DNA of 64,000 nt from Pirellulales bacterium (GTDB taxonomy: Bacteria; Planctomycetota; Planctomycetia; Pirellulales; UBA1268): the NCBI GenBank assembly GCA_016779265.1, contig JADHNY010000003.1:12741-76740 (forward strand). The letters are read 5' to 3'. A program made the position numbers and the translations under genes. Shown in pieces: positions 8,182 to 17,682 of this stretch. The notes under the pieces were generated by a model, which saw only the letters and a program-made list of their open reading frames with translations, ran no database searches and was not told where the DNA came from. Each line of letters starts with the position of its first letter. Position 1 is the stretch's first letter.

Positions 8182-11052
8182 ATGGGTTCTACAGGTGCCA
8201 ATCCGCCGTCAGCATCTGCTGCGGCCTCGACCGTGCAGGTTCCGATTGACCTGCGTCGTCTTGCGGATCGACTCGGGCTGCCCGAGGCCGGTGTTGTGGA
8301 GGCGATCGCGTTGCTCGACGCGGGAAACACCATCCCGTTCATTTCTCGGTACCGCCGAGACCAGACAGGCGGCCTCGACGAGGTGGCGATCCGGCTGGTG
8401 GCGGATGGAATTTCCAAAGCACGACAGCTTGCGGATCGCAAGCAGACCGTGCTCCGCTCGATCGAAAACCAGGGGAAACTCACTCCGGACCTGACTGCCG
8501 CAGTCCTCGCGGCTCAGGCGGGCAAGGAACTGGAAGACCTCTACCTTCCATTTAAGCCGAAGAAGCTCTCGCTGGCAGAGATCGCTCGCCAGCGGCGACT
8601 GGAGCCATTGGCCCGCGAAATCCTCGCGGCGGATCCAGCGGCCACTGATCTCGACAAGCGGGCGGCAGATTTCGTGGATGCCGACGGGCAGGTCGCGACG
8701 GCTGCAGACGCCCTGCTGGGTGTGGGCCACATCATCGCCGATGAACTTGCCGCTCGAGCAGATGTTCGCAAGTGTGTCCGAGCGATTCTGGAAAAGAGTG
8801 GGCAGCTGCGGAGCCTGCGGCTGGAGGCGGAAGGCAAGCCAATCTCCAAGGATGCCAAGCACTACCGCGACTACTTTGATTACACCGAGCATGTGCAACG
8901 GGTGCCCCCGCATCGAGGCCTTGCCATCAATCGAGGTGAGCGTGCCAAGATTCTCCGCGTGCGGGTGGAAGGGCCGGTCGATGAGATGCAGGCCGCTGTC
9001 GAGCCGCTCGTGGTCACGGAAGGGCATCCACACAGCGATTTCCTCAAGGGCTGTGTGCGGGACGCGATTGCGCGTCTGATCCTTCCCAGCCTTGAGCGTG
9101 AGTTTCGCCGAGAGATCACAGACCAGTGCGAGCGGCATGCCGTTGAGGTGTTTGCCCGCAACCTGCGACACCTGTTCCTGCAGCCTCCCGTCGCTGGACG
9201 CCGTGTGCTGGCGATCGATCCCGCGTTTAAGAGCGGCTGCAAGGTGGTCGTGGTCGATCCCTACGGCAACCCGCTGGAGCATGATCTGCTGCACATCGTC
9301 GGCAAGTCGGAGAAACGTGAGGAGGCTTCTGCCAAGCTCGCCGCACTTGTGGAGAAGCACGATGTGCAAGTGATTGCGATTGGCAATGGGGCAGCAGGTC
9401 GTGAGACCGAGAACTTTGTTGCCGAACTGGTGGCAGGTCCTCTGGCGGAGCGTGGCCTTGAGTATGTGATCGTCAATGAGGCAGGTGCGAGTGTCTACTC
9501 GACCAGTCCGCTGGGCCGAGAAGAGTTTCCGCAGCACGACGCCTCGATTCGGAGCGCTATTTCTATCGGACGACGGCTGCAGGATCCGCTTTCCGAACTG
9601 GTCAAGATCGAGCCGGCCAACATCGGTGTTGGGCTCTATCAGCACGATGTCCGCGCGAAGCACTTGCACGCATCACTCGATGCTGTGGTGGAGAGCTGTG
9701 TGAACTACGTCGGGGTCGACGTCAACACAGCCAGCCCGGCGTTGCTGCGTTATGTCTCTGGCCTCAATCAGGCAATCGCCAAGGGTATTGCCGAGTGGCG
9801 GGCAGCCAAGGGTGCCTTTGAGAATCGCCAGCAGTTGCGGGAAGTGCCTGGCTTTGGGGAAGCCACGTACGTTCAGGCGGCGGGGTTTCTGAAGATCGGT
9901 GGCGGCAGCAATCCGCTGGATGCCACCTGGATCCATCCAGAGAGCTATGCCGTGGCTGAGCGGGTGCTCGAGCGGCTCGGAGCGAGTGTCGCAGACCTTT
10001 CAGGACGCGATCAAACGGAGAAGCTCGCCCGCGAAGTGAAGTCGGTTGATCTCGACGCGATGGCAGCGGAGTTCAACGTTGGGCGATTGCTGCTGGAAGA
10101 CATCGTCGAGCAGCTCTCGCGGCCGGGCCGCGATCCTCGTGAAGACCTGCCGCGGCCGTTCTTCAAGAAGGGAGTCTTGAAGCTTGAGGACCTCGAAGTC
10201 GGCATGGAGCTGATGGGGGCGGTTCTGAACGTGGTGGACTTTGGAGCATTCGTTGATATTGGGCTCCACGACAGTGGGCTGGTGCACATCAGTCAGCTCT
10301 CGCGTCGTTTTGTCCGGGACCCTCACGACCTGCTCTCGGTTGGCCAGGTCGTGAAGGTGTGGGTGCTCGAACTCGATAAGAATCGCCGACGGGTAGCCTT
10401 GACGATGATTCCGCCGGGGCAGCCACAGCAGCAGACTGGTCGTCGCCAGGGCGAGCGACGTGACCGACCCGGACGTGCTGCCGACCGTGAGGCGGGCGGT
10501 GGAGGGAAGCGGCCGCGTCGGGGGCGTAAGGGTGGTGCTCCAGCAGGGGGGCCGCGTGGTCGCACGGCCAGTGTGTCGACGCGTGGTCCGCGAGTGCCTG
10601 CCCCTCCGATCACCGAAGCGATGCGTGAAGGTCGTGAGCCGCTGCGAACATTTGGTGACCTGTTTCAGTTTGTGAAGCAGAGCGACGAGCCTGAGCCGAC
10701 ACCGGCGAAGAAGAAACGCCGGCGACGCTCAAAGAAGAAGGCCGCTGACGAAACAGCTACTGCTACGGAAACGGGCGTGGAAGCAACGGCCACAGGGGAG
10801 GCAGGCGCAGTAGTAGAGACAGGCGCCGTAGAGACAGTCACTGTGGAGCCGGCCGCTCCGCAGGACAAAGCTGACGCCAGCGAGGATGGTGCCGGCGCTG
10901 CAACACCGCAGGCTGAGGAAACGAAGGCAGCCGACACAGGCTCTGCAGCCACAGAGGTATCTGATGCTGGTGACGAATCCGCTCGCGTTGAAAACACCCC
11001 AGCCCCAGCGAAAGAGGAAGCAGCCACGCCTGAAGAAGGCAGTGACACCTGA
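8182..11052 (+). CDS. tex: Tex family RNA-binding transcription accessory protein (YqgF, HhH, S1) with long disordered tail
   Basis: GNTIPFISRYRRDQTGGLDE, LEDLYLPFKPK, IDPAFKSGCK, VNEAGASVYS, GVGLYQHD, S1 domain NVVDFGAFVDIG. Confidence 0.95.
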   Translation: MGSTGANPPSASAAASTVQVPIDLRRLADRLGLPEAGVVEAIALLDAGNTIPFISRYRRDQTGGLDEVAIRLVADGISKARQLADRKQTVLRSIENQGKLTPDLTAAVLAAQAGKELEDLYLPFKPKKLSLAEIARQRRLEPLAREILAADPAATDLDKRAADFVDADGQVATAADALLGVGHIIADELAARADVRKCVRAILEKSGQLRSLRLEAEGKPISKDAKHYRDYFDYTEHVQRVPPHRGLAINRGERAKILRVRVEGPVDEMQAAVEPLVVTEGHPHSDFLKGCVRDAIARLILPSLEREFRREITDQCERHAVEVFARNLRHLFLQPPVAGRRVLAIDPAFKSGCKVVVVDPYGNPLEHDLLHIVGKSEKREEASAKLAALVEKHDVQVIAIGNGAAGRETENFVAELVAGPLAERGLEYVIVNEAGASVYSTSPLGREEFPQHDASIRSAISIGRRLQDPLSELVKIEPANIGVGLYQHDVRAKHLHASLDAVVESCVNYVGVDVNTASPALLRYVSGLNQAIAKGIAEWRAAKGAFENRQQLREVPGFGEATYVQAAGFLKIGGGSNPLDATWIHPESYAVAERVLERLGASVADLSGRDQTEKLAREVKSVDLDAMAAEFNVGRLLLEDIVEQLSRPGRDPREDLPRPFFKKGVLKLEDLEVGMELMGAVLNVVDFGAFVDIGLHDSGLVHISQLSRRFVRDPHDLLSVGQVVKVWVLELDKNRRRVALTMIPPGQPQQQTGRRQGERRDRPGRAADREAGGGGKRPRRGRKGGAPAGGPRGRTASVSTRGPRVPAPPITEAMREGREPLRTFGDLFQFVKQSDEPEPTPAKKKRRRRSKKKAADETATATETGVEATATGEAGAVVETGAVETVTVEPAAPQDKADASEDGAGAATPQAEETKAADTGSAATEVSDAGDESARVENTPAPAKEEAATPEEGSDT

Positions 11053-11080
11053 CGAGTGTCGGGCTGAAATGTTCCTCAGC

Positions 11081-11118
11081 GTGTGGGGTGCCGAGAGCGG
11101 TGTGGATTGCCGAGAGCG
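11081..11118. repeat. Imperfect tandem duplication (19-bp period) between convergent tex and infA
   Basis: GTGTGGGGTGCCGAGAGCG / GTGTGGATTGCCGAGAGCG. Confidence 0.75.
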
Positions 11119-11127
11119 GGTCGCGGA

Positions 11128-11349
11128 CTAACGTTCGCGGAAAGTGATGCGACCCTTTGTCAGGTCGTAGGGCGAGAGTTCCACCTTCACTTTGTCACCA
11201 GGCACAATCCTGATGAAGTTTTTTCGCATCTTTCCGGCAACGTGTGCGTTAACGATGTGTCCGCCGTTGATCTGAACGCGAAAACGGGTGTTGGCTAAGG
11301 CCTGGGTGACCACCCCTTCCACTTCAAGCGCCGCTTCTTTTTCGGCCAT
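11128..11349 (-). CDS. infA: Translation initiation factor IF-1
   Basis: [25 protein letters not shown]...[43 protein letters not shown]. Confidence 0.98.
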   Translation of the reverse strand: MAEKEAALEVEGVVTQALANTRFRVQINGGHIVNAHVAGKMRKNFIRIVPGDKVKVELSPYDLTKGRITFRER

Positions 11350-11525
11350 GTATTCCTGCAAGGTGAGAGTTGAAGAACCAGTGTTTCTGAAAAACGGCAG
11401 GAGCGGCCGCCTTTCAGACTTTGCAACTATGACGCACCGGGCCTGAATCGTCCAGCAGGATGAGGCTTTTCGGGCCCCTGGGCTTGAGCCGCTAGGGCGT
11501 CACGCCTGTAACGCCGGTGAGCGGC

Positions 11526-12663
11526 TCATGCGTCGTCGTCTGCTGCCGGCCCATCGGCCGGGAGGGCATCGGAGGCTCTCCACTTCAGGTAGGCATCAAA
11601 AAAACCATCCAGATCGCCGTCGAGCACGCTCTGAAAGTTGCCCACCGCGTGGCCCGTTCGCTGGTCCTTAACCCGCTGATCCGGGTGGAGGAAGTAGTTG
11701 CGGATCTGGGAGCCGAAGCCGGTCTTAGGCTGTTGTTTGTAGCGGGCAAGCTGCTCTGCTTCTTTCTTCTCCTCCTCGAACCGAGCCAGGCGGGCACGTA
11801 GCATCTTGCGGGCTGTCGCCCGATTCTTGTGCTGGCTCCGTTCGCTTTGGCACTGCACAACGATGTTGGTTGGCAGGTGAGTCAGCCGGATCGCACTCGA
11901 GGTTTTGTTGACGTGCTGTCCACCGGCACCGCTCGCTCGAAACACATCTTCGCGAATCTCTTCGTCGTTGAGTTCGATTTCCGTGTCGTCGTCTGCAATT
12001 TCCGGGGAGACGTCTACTGCCGCAAAACTCGTCTGCCGTTTGCCTTCGGCATTGAAGGGGCTGATCCGGACAAGCCGGTGCATGCCCATTTCCCCCTTCA
12101 GGTAGCCGTAAGCCCAGGGGCCACGGATAGCGACTGTGGCATGCTGGATCCCAGCTACGTCGTCGTCTTGCCGGTCGAGCAGCTCTATCTTGTAGTCATG
12201 TTTGCTGGCCCAGGAGGAGTACATCCTCAACAGCATCTCAGCCCAGTCGTTGGCATCGGTGCCTCCGTCTCGAGCATGCAGGGAGATGATGGCGTCGGCT
12301 CCGTCGTGGGGGCCGGAGAGAAGCGACGTCAGCTCGAGGGCCGCGACGAGTCGCTCGAGCCGATCGGTTTCACTGGCGAGTTCTGCTTCGAGCGACTCAT
12401 CCTCTGTCACCAGTTCCGCAAGCGCTTCGAGATCAGCACTCACCCCCAAAGCTTCGTCGAGCGGCTTGAGCACCGAGTTGATGCTCTTAAGCTCGGCAAC
12501 GGTGGTCTGTGCTTTTTCAGCGTTATTCCAGAAATCGCCCTCTGCCATCTCTGCTTCAATACGGGTGGCGGCTTTCTTGCGACCAGCCCAGTCAAAGAGA
12601 GTCCCGCAGCTGAAGCAGACGGGCCCGAATGGTTTCTGAGCGGGTAATCAACGCGGTGTCCAT
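11526..12663 (-). CDS. prfB: Peptide chain release factor 2, expressed through a programmed +1 frameshift
   Basis: GGQ and SPF motifs. A 23-codon first frame (MDTALITRSETIRARLLQLRDSL) ends CTT TGA C and continues in +1 as DWAGRKK...MAEGDFW. Confidence 0.96.
12591..12597 (-). promoter_or_regulatory. RF2 autoregulatory frameshift site CTT-TGA-C
   Basis: Plus-strand GTCAAAG, in frame with ATG 12663 (codon 23). Confidence 0.95.
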
Positions 12664-12764
12664 GCAACAACCAGCAGGTGTGGGGCAACGAAACTCTCAG
12701 CGACGTGGCTGATTCTAGGGCCCGGCGAGAACCGAAGGGAAGGGCGGGCCGGCAGTCCCGCTAT

Positions 12765-14045
12765 TCAGCGACGAGTGACACGGCTTCCAGGAAGTCGCTG
12801 AATCAGTCGTCGTGTTTCGAGCATGCTCAGCGCCGCGAGCACGTCTGCCGCGGTCAGACCAGTCTCCACGATCACCTGATCAATCAGGCTCCCATGCGTT
12901 GACGTGGGAATCACGTCGAAGACCAGTTGCTCAGCTGCTTCGAGAAGCCGTTCGGCCGGGCGGCCTTCCGTTGGGTGTGCTGGAGACGCCGTCACAGTTA
13001 CAGGAGTGGGATCGACACCGACTGTCGATTGGCAGCCAGCAGGGCTCACGACGGTCTCGGAGAGAGGCCCCAGTTCGTCGAGAATGTCATCGATGCTTCC
13101 AACCAGCTTGGCTCCATCCTGAATCAGCCGATGGCAGCCCTGCGACATCCGGCAGTGGATCTCCCCGGGGACTGCAAACACTTCTCGCCCCTGTTCGCCC
13201 GCCAGGCGAGCGGTGATCATCGCGCCTGAGCGATCGGCTGCTTGGATCACCACAACGCCGAGAGACAGGCCTGAGATGATGCGATTGCGTTGTGGAAAGG
13301 CTCCCGCGGTGGGGGCTGCGAAAGGCGGGCACTCGCTGAGCACCGCCCCAGCGTGGCTAATGTCATCGGCCAGACCACGATGTTCTGGCGGGTACGTTTT
13401 TAAAACACCGCTGCCGAGCACGGCCAGAGTGCGGCCTCCGGCAGTGAGGGCCCCCCTGTGCCCGGCAGCATCGATACCGCGAGCGAGGCCGCTGACCACG
13501 GTGTAGCCTGCGCGGGCGAGGCTGCTGCCGAGCTGTTCGGCAACTCGGGTGCCGTAGGCTGTGGCATGTCGCGCACCGACGAGGGCCACCGCGAGCCCAT
13601 CGCAGGGCTGCAGCTCGCCACGGACAAACAACACCCCTGGAGGGTCGTCAATCTCACGGAGTAGCGAAGGGTAGCGTGGGTCGCCTTCGAGCAAAATCTG
13701 AACCTGCTCCCGCTCGCAGGCAGCGAGAAGCTCTGTGGCGTCTGCCGAGGAGGACGACTGAATCGCTTGAGCAGCGACAGGGCCGATGCCCTCGATGGCC
13801 AAGAGTTGCGGCTCCGTGGCAGCGAAGACGGCCTCGGGGCAGCCAAACACCTCCAATAACCGGCGACTATTCCGCGGTCCAATACGAGGAACCATCGCCA
13901 GCTGCAGATGGGCGATGACGGTCTCCGTCTCAGCAGCGGACCGAGAAGCAGTTGCAGGACTCTCCGTGGCTGACCTGCCTGGAGCGACACTGCTTGGAGC
14001 GACACTGCCGCACACTGTGCGGCGGGAAGTGGGTGAACTCCGCAT
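12765..14045 (-). CDS. dprA: DNA-processing protein DprA (start uncertain)
   Basis: VALVGARHATAYG, VVSGLARGIDAAGH, FPQRNRIISGLS, SGAMITA, GREVFAVPG, LIQDGAKLV, C-terminal wHTH. Confidence 0.93.
   Translation of the reverse strand: MRSSPTSRRTVCGSVAPSSVAPGRSATESPATASRSAAETETVIAHLQLAMVPRIGPRNSRRLLEVFGCPEAVFAATEPQLLAIEGIGPVAAQAIQSSSSADATELLAACEREQVQILLEGDPRYPSLLREIDDPPGVLFVRGELQPCDGLAVALVGARHATAYGTRVAEQLGSSLARAGYTVVSGLARGIDAAGHRGALTAGGRTLAVLGSGVLKTYPPEHRGLADDISHAGAVLSECPPFAAPTAGAFPQRNRIISGLSLGVVVIQAADRSGAMITARLAGEQGREVFAVPGEIHCRMSQGCHRLIQDGAKLVGSIDDILDELGPLSETVVSPAGCQSTVGVDPTPVTVTASPAHPTEGRPAERLLEAAEQLVFDVIPTSTHGSLIDQVIVETGLTAADVLAALSMLETRRLIQRLPGSRVTRR
13980..14008. repeat. 15-bp tandem duplication in the dprA 5' region
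   Basis: TGGAGCGACACTGC at 13980 and 13995; in frame (SVAPS-SVAP). Confidence 0.8.
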
Positions 14046-14108
14046 CGCAGACCTCCTCACGGGGTACGTGAACATTTGTCACGTTGTACCCCCAGTTGGT
14101 AGGCTGCG

Positions 14109-14504
14109 TCAACTCGCGGCGGCCTTCAGTTCGGCCAGGTGTTGAGCGGTTTCGACGAGCCTGTCCCAGTTCTTGTCGACGTACTCAGGAGGTCCGCCCA
14201 TCTGGGCCACGGCGACTGCGACTTCTTCGGTGGGCACCATGTCGATCGCATCCCAGGGACAGACCTTCAAGTCGTAGGGATTCGACTTTTTACCCGGGAT
14301 ATGCACGCAGACTTCACAGCCCACGCACCGCTCAATGTCGATTTCGCACCAGCTCTGCAGGTTGTGGAACTGGTCGTACTGCTGGATCTTGATGATGCAG
14401 TCGACAGGACACACCTCCAGGCAGCTTTCGCAGCCTGTGCAGTTGTCAGCGGTGATCACCGCCAGTTCCTTCGGGAGCTTTTTGCGAGGACCTTGCTTTG
14501 CCAT
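14109..14504 (-). CDS. 4Fe-4S dicluster ferredoxin-like protein
   Basis: CTGCESCLEVCP and CVGCEVC-(insert)-CP. Confidence 0.9.
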   Translation of the reverse strand: MAKQGPRKKLPKELAVITADNCTGCESCLEVCPVDCIIKIQQYDQFHNLQSWCEIDIERCVGCEVCVHIPGKKSNPYDLKVCPWDAIDMVPTEEVAVAVAQMGGPPEYVDKNWDRLVETAQHLAELKAAAS

Positions 14505-14629
14505 GGTGTCAAACTCGGCACATGAGGACGCGGAACTTCACTTGACCATCCTAGCCGCCATCTATCCGGTGGCAAAACCAACGTCAATCCGCACGATCCG
14601 CAGCGTCCGACGTCCCACAAGCCGGTGCG

Positions 14630-15916
14630 TCAGACGGTTTCACCGCGAAACAGGTCTGCGGGCGTCTGGCGGGCTCGCACGAGCCGATGGCTGCCGGCAT
14701 CGACGAGCACTTCTGCCGGCAGCGGTTTCGAGTTGTAGTTGCTGGCCATCACGAATCCATAGGCGCCGGCGATATCGAGCGCAAGGTAATCCCCCACGTC
14801 GGCTGGAGGGAGCGGCCTCGTCGTCACGAACCCCCCCTCTTCCTGGGTGAAGATGTCGCCCGATTCGCACAGCGGCCCACCGACCACAACATCCTGTGGC
14901 TCGCCGGAGGCCAGCCGGCCGGCTGCGGTGACGACGCGAATCGGGTGATACGAGCCGTAGAGCACAGGACGGGCAAGGGTGTTAAAGCCGGCATCAACGA
15001 GCAGATACCGCTTCCGCCCCATCCGTTTGACGGCTCGCACTTCGGTAATCAGCGAGCCCGATTCCGCGGTCAGGTAACGACCAGGCTCAATCTCGAGACG
15101 AATCCGGTGGCCGAAGCGTTCTTCGAGGCGGCGTCGGGTGGCGTCCCAGAGCTGGAAGTACCCGCCGAGGTCAGCATGCGTCTCGTTGGGCTTGTAGGGG
15201 ACGGGAAGTCCACCGCCTGCAGAGATGGTTGTCAGCGAGCGACCAATCTCGTTGGCGATCCGCTCCAGGGCCCCCGCAACTTCGGCGAGATGCTCGAGGT
15301 CGGAGCCACTGCCGATATGCATATGCAGGCCTGAGATCATCAGTCCTGCCCACTCGGCACGCTTCAGAATGTCGGGGATTTCTTCGTGCCAGATGCCGTG
15401 CTTCGAGCCTTCTCCCCCGGTATTGGTCTTCTGGCTGTGGCCATGACCAAAGCCAGGATTCACCCGCAAGGTGACCGATGCCCCCGGCATTCGCTCAGCG
15501 AGCTGGGTCAGCATGTCAGCCGATCCGCAGTTGACATGAATCCCGTGATGCACCACGGCATCGAGACTGTCGCGATCGAAGATATCTGCCGTGTAGACGA
15601 TCGGGTGCACCGGTGGCAGACCATCCTCCTCGGGGCGTGCGGCAGCGTGGGGCGTGAAGCCCGCTGCCAGGGCCCGCTCAATCTCGCCCGCACTCACCGC
15701 GTCGACCACGACTCCTTCGCGACGTACGAGGTCGAGGACGGCGAGGTTGGAGCAGGCCTTCTGTGCGAAGCGGACCGTATCCCAGGCAGCCAGATCGCGA
15801 CACCGCTGTCGAATCATCTCTGCGTTGTAGACGTAGAGTGGCGTGCCGTAGCCCTGTGCAAGTTCGGCGATCGAAACGCCGCCAACGGCCGCCGCAGCGG
15901 CATCACCTTCGTGCAT
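14630..15916 (-). CDS. lysA: Diaminopimelate decarboxylase
   Basis: GTPLYVY, RFAQKACSN, DAVSAGE, SKHGI, HMHIGSG, IEPGRYL, GPLCESGD, GAYG..MASNYNS. Confidence 0.96.
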   Translation of the reverse strand: MHEGDAAAAAVGGVSIAELAQGYGTPLYVYNAEMIRQRCRDLAAWDTVRFAQKACSNLAVLDLVRREGVVVDAVSAGEIERALAAGFTPHAAARPEEDGLPPVHPIVYTADIFDRDSLDAVVHHGIHVNCGSADMLTQLAERMPGASVTLRVNPGFGHGHSQKTNTGGEGSKHGIWHEEIPDILKRAEWAGLMISGLHMHIGSGSDLEHLAEVAGALERIANEIGRSLTTISAGGGLPVPYKPNETHADLGGYFQLWDATRRRLEERFGHRIRLEIEPGRYLTAESGSLITEVRAVKRMGRKRYLLVDAGFNTLARPVLYGSYHPIRVVTAAGRLASGEPQDVVVGGPLCESGDIFTQEEGGFVTTRPLPPADVGDYLALDIAGAYGFVMASNYNSKPLPAEVLVDAGSHRLVRARQTPADLFRGETV

Positions 15917-15929
15917 CTCTGTCTCACTC

Positions 15930-17567
15930 TCAAAAGCCGGGAGGAAGGCCAGGGGGAGGACCAAAGCCACCACCAGGAGGACCGAAGTCACCGCCAGCGG
16001 GGCCGCCGCCCATCACACCTGTCATTGCCGCTGCTGCTCGCAGCACGCCACCATCAGCGGTCAGCTGCCAGGCCATGCCACGGTCAATCGGTCGCACCAC
16101 AAACTGCAGCATCGCAGAGGGAGCGGCCTTCGCAGCCTCGGCGGCTGGAGCGATGTCTGCCGCGTCTGGGCCGGTCGTCGCAATGAAATCGAGCAGCTGT
16201 TCACAGGCGATCTGGATGGCCATGCCCGGCCGCACCTGACGCTGCTGTGAGGAGCCCTGCATCATGCTGTCGAGTCGACCGCTCACATCCCCACCAGCCA
16301 GGGCGTAGACATGGCTGGGGGTGATCGCCAGGGTCACCTTCACGGGGCTGCCCCCGGCCCCTTCGCCGGCAGCGGATGGATCGAGTTCGAGGGTGTGCAG
16401 AGTGGCGTCGCCCTTTGACTCCACGTCGAAAGCGAGCGCAACCCCAGGTGGGAGTTCGACGCCTTCGACAGCCTGCTTGATCGCAGACTCAAGCTTGCGG
16501 CCATCGGCCACCGAGGCGCCCCCCGTCAGCTCCGTCTTGTCGCCGTCAGCGGTCACTGCCAGGGTGGCATCAAGCCGTCCGCTGTCGAGCATCACGCCGA
16601 GGATCGTTGTGAGCAGTTCGATCACCGGCTCCGCTTGAGGATCGGTGTTCTGCTCGGCCGCCTGGGCGAGGCCGAGTTCGACCTGCTGCCGCATCTCAGG
16701 TGTGACGGTCTGAGCGAGCATCATCCGCATCATGGGTTCGCTCGTCTCGGCAAGGGGTACAGAAAGGCTCGCGGTTTCGTCGGCATCGACTGCCCCTGGA
16801 GCGCCAGGGACAGCGACGGTGCGGTTCTCAATTTCAACGCGACCCTTCTCCTCGTTGATGCCAAGCCCGAGCGTGAGCAACTCGATCTGCCCCAGGCCAT
16901 CAACCATTGCGGCCACCGCATCGCCAGCCTGCGGAGTGTTGGCTCCCGGCGTCTGGGCGGCTGCTTGCGTCGCCATCGCAGCGAACTGCTGTCGCAGCGG
17001 TTCAGGCAGCACTGAGGGGAAGAGCGAGACGGCGACGGTGAAGTCGTCTGCAAGCGTCTCGAAAGCGGCGGACGGATCGAGATCGTCAGCCACTGGCATG
17101 CCAGTGGGGCTGATCAGGGCCCAGCCATCCTTCTCGACGATGTCTGCAGAACCGATGCCGGGCAGGGTCAGTTGTCGCACACCACCCTGATTCTGAACAG
17201 GGCCGATCACTCCCTGCAGTGAGCCGAGCAAGGCATCGACATCCTTCGCAGGCACACACCCACAGCCACTGATGATGCCGTTGTCGCTGGTGATGATCAC
17301 GCCAAGAGGCTGACGCACATCCAGGCCTGCGAGTCCCTGACCACCCGTGGCCATCATCAGCATGCCTTCGGCGCTGCCGGCGAGCATGGGGTTGCCCATC
17401 TCACGTCCGAGCCATGTGAGCTGCTTTTTCAGGTCTCGGTAGCTGTCGACAGCGACCACGGCCACGACGTCAGCGGCGTCGCTGCTGGTGGTTGTCCAGG
17501 GAAAACCTCCCAGGCCAACCACGAGGGTGAGGGCAATCACGCCACATGTTCGCGAAAAGCACCGCAT
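15930..17567 (-). CDS. Exported hypothetical protein (signal peptide; Gly/Pro-rich C-tail)
   Basis: 545-aa ORF with hydrophobic N-terminus, ending 13 nt before lysA. No recognisable catalytic motif. Confidence 0.75.
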   Translation of the reverse strand: MRCFSRTCGVIALTLVVGLGGFPWTTTSSDAADVVAVVAVDSYRDLKKQLTWLGREMGNPMLAGSAEGMLMMATGGQGLAGLDVRQPLGVIITSDNGIISGCGCVPAKDVDALLGSLQGVIGPVQNQGGVRQLTLPGIGSADIVEKDGWALISPTGMPVADDLDPSAAFETLADDFTVAVSLFPSVLPEPLRQQFAAMATQAAAQTPGANTPQAGDAVAAMVDGLGQIELLTLGLGINEEKGRVEIENRTVAVPGAPGAVDADETASLSVPLAETSEPMMRMMLAQTVTPEMRQQVELGLAQAAEQNTDPQAEPVIELLTTILGVMLDSGRLDATLAVTADGDKTELTGGASVADGRKLESAIKQAVEGVELPPGVALAFDVESKGDATLHTLELDPSAAGEGAGGSPVKVTLAITPSHVYALAGGDVSGRLDSMMQGSSQQRQVRPGMAIQIACEQLLDFIATTGPDAADIAPAAEAAKAAPSAMLQFVVRPIDRGMAWQLTADGGVLRAAAAMTGVMGGGPAGGDFGPPGGGFGPPPGLPPGF

Positions 17568-17682
17568 CGGATGATTCCTGTGTAAGAGTCGACGGTCCCA
17601 GAGGATGTGTTGTACGGGATGGTACGCCGGCCGGACAGGACCTGATCCTCACGGTGGCGGCCACGCGGTATCCTGTCAGCAC

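Noticed and set aside
8209..9669. 486-aa antisense ORF within tex (similar cases at 25892-27118, 35757-36989, 52809-54098, 57544-58902)
   Set aside because: Shadow ORFs expected opposite real genes in GC-rich DNA, with no recognisable motifs.
11526..12663. prfB as a frameshifted pseudogene
   Set aside because: The break is the canonical CTT-TGA-C programmed frameshift.
15917..15991. Signal-peptide-like N-terminal extension on LysA in the ORF track
   Set aside because: It overlaps the 3' end of the upstream gene. LysA is cytoplasmic and ATG 15916 follows a plausible SD-like sequence.
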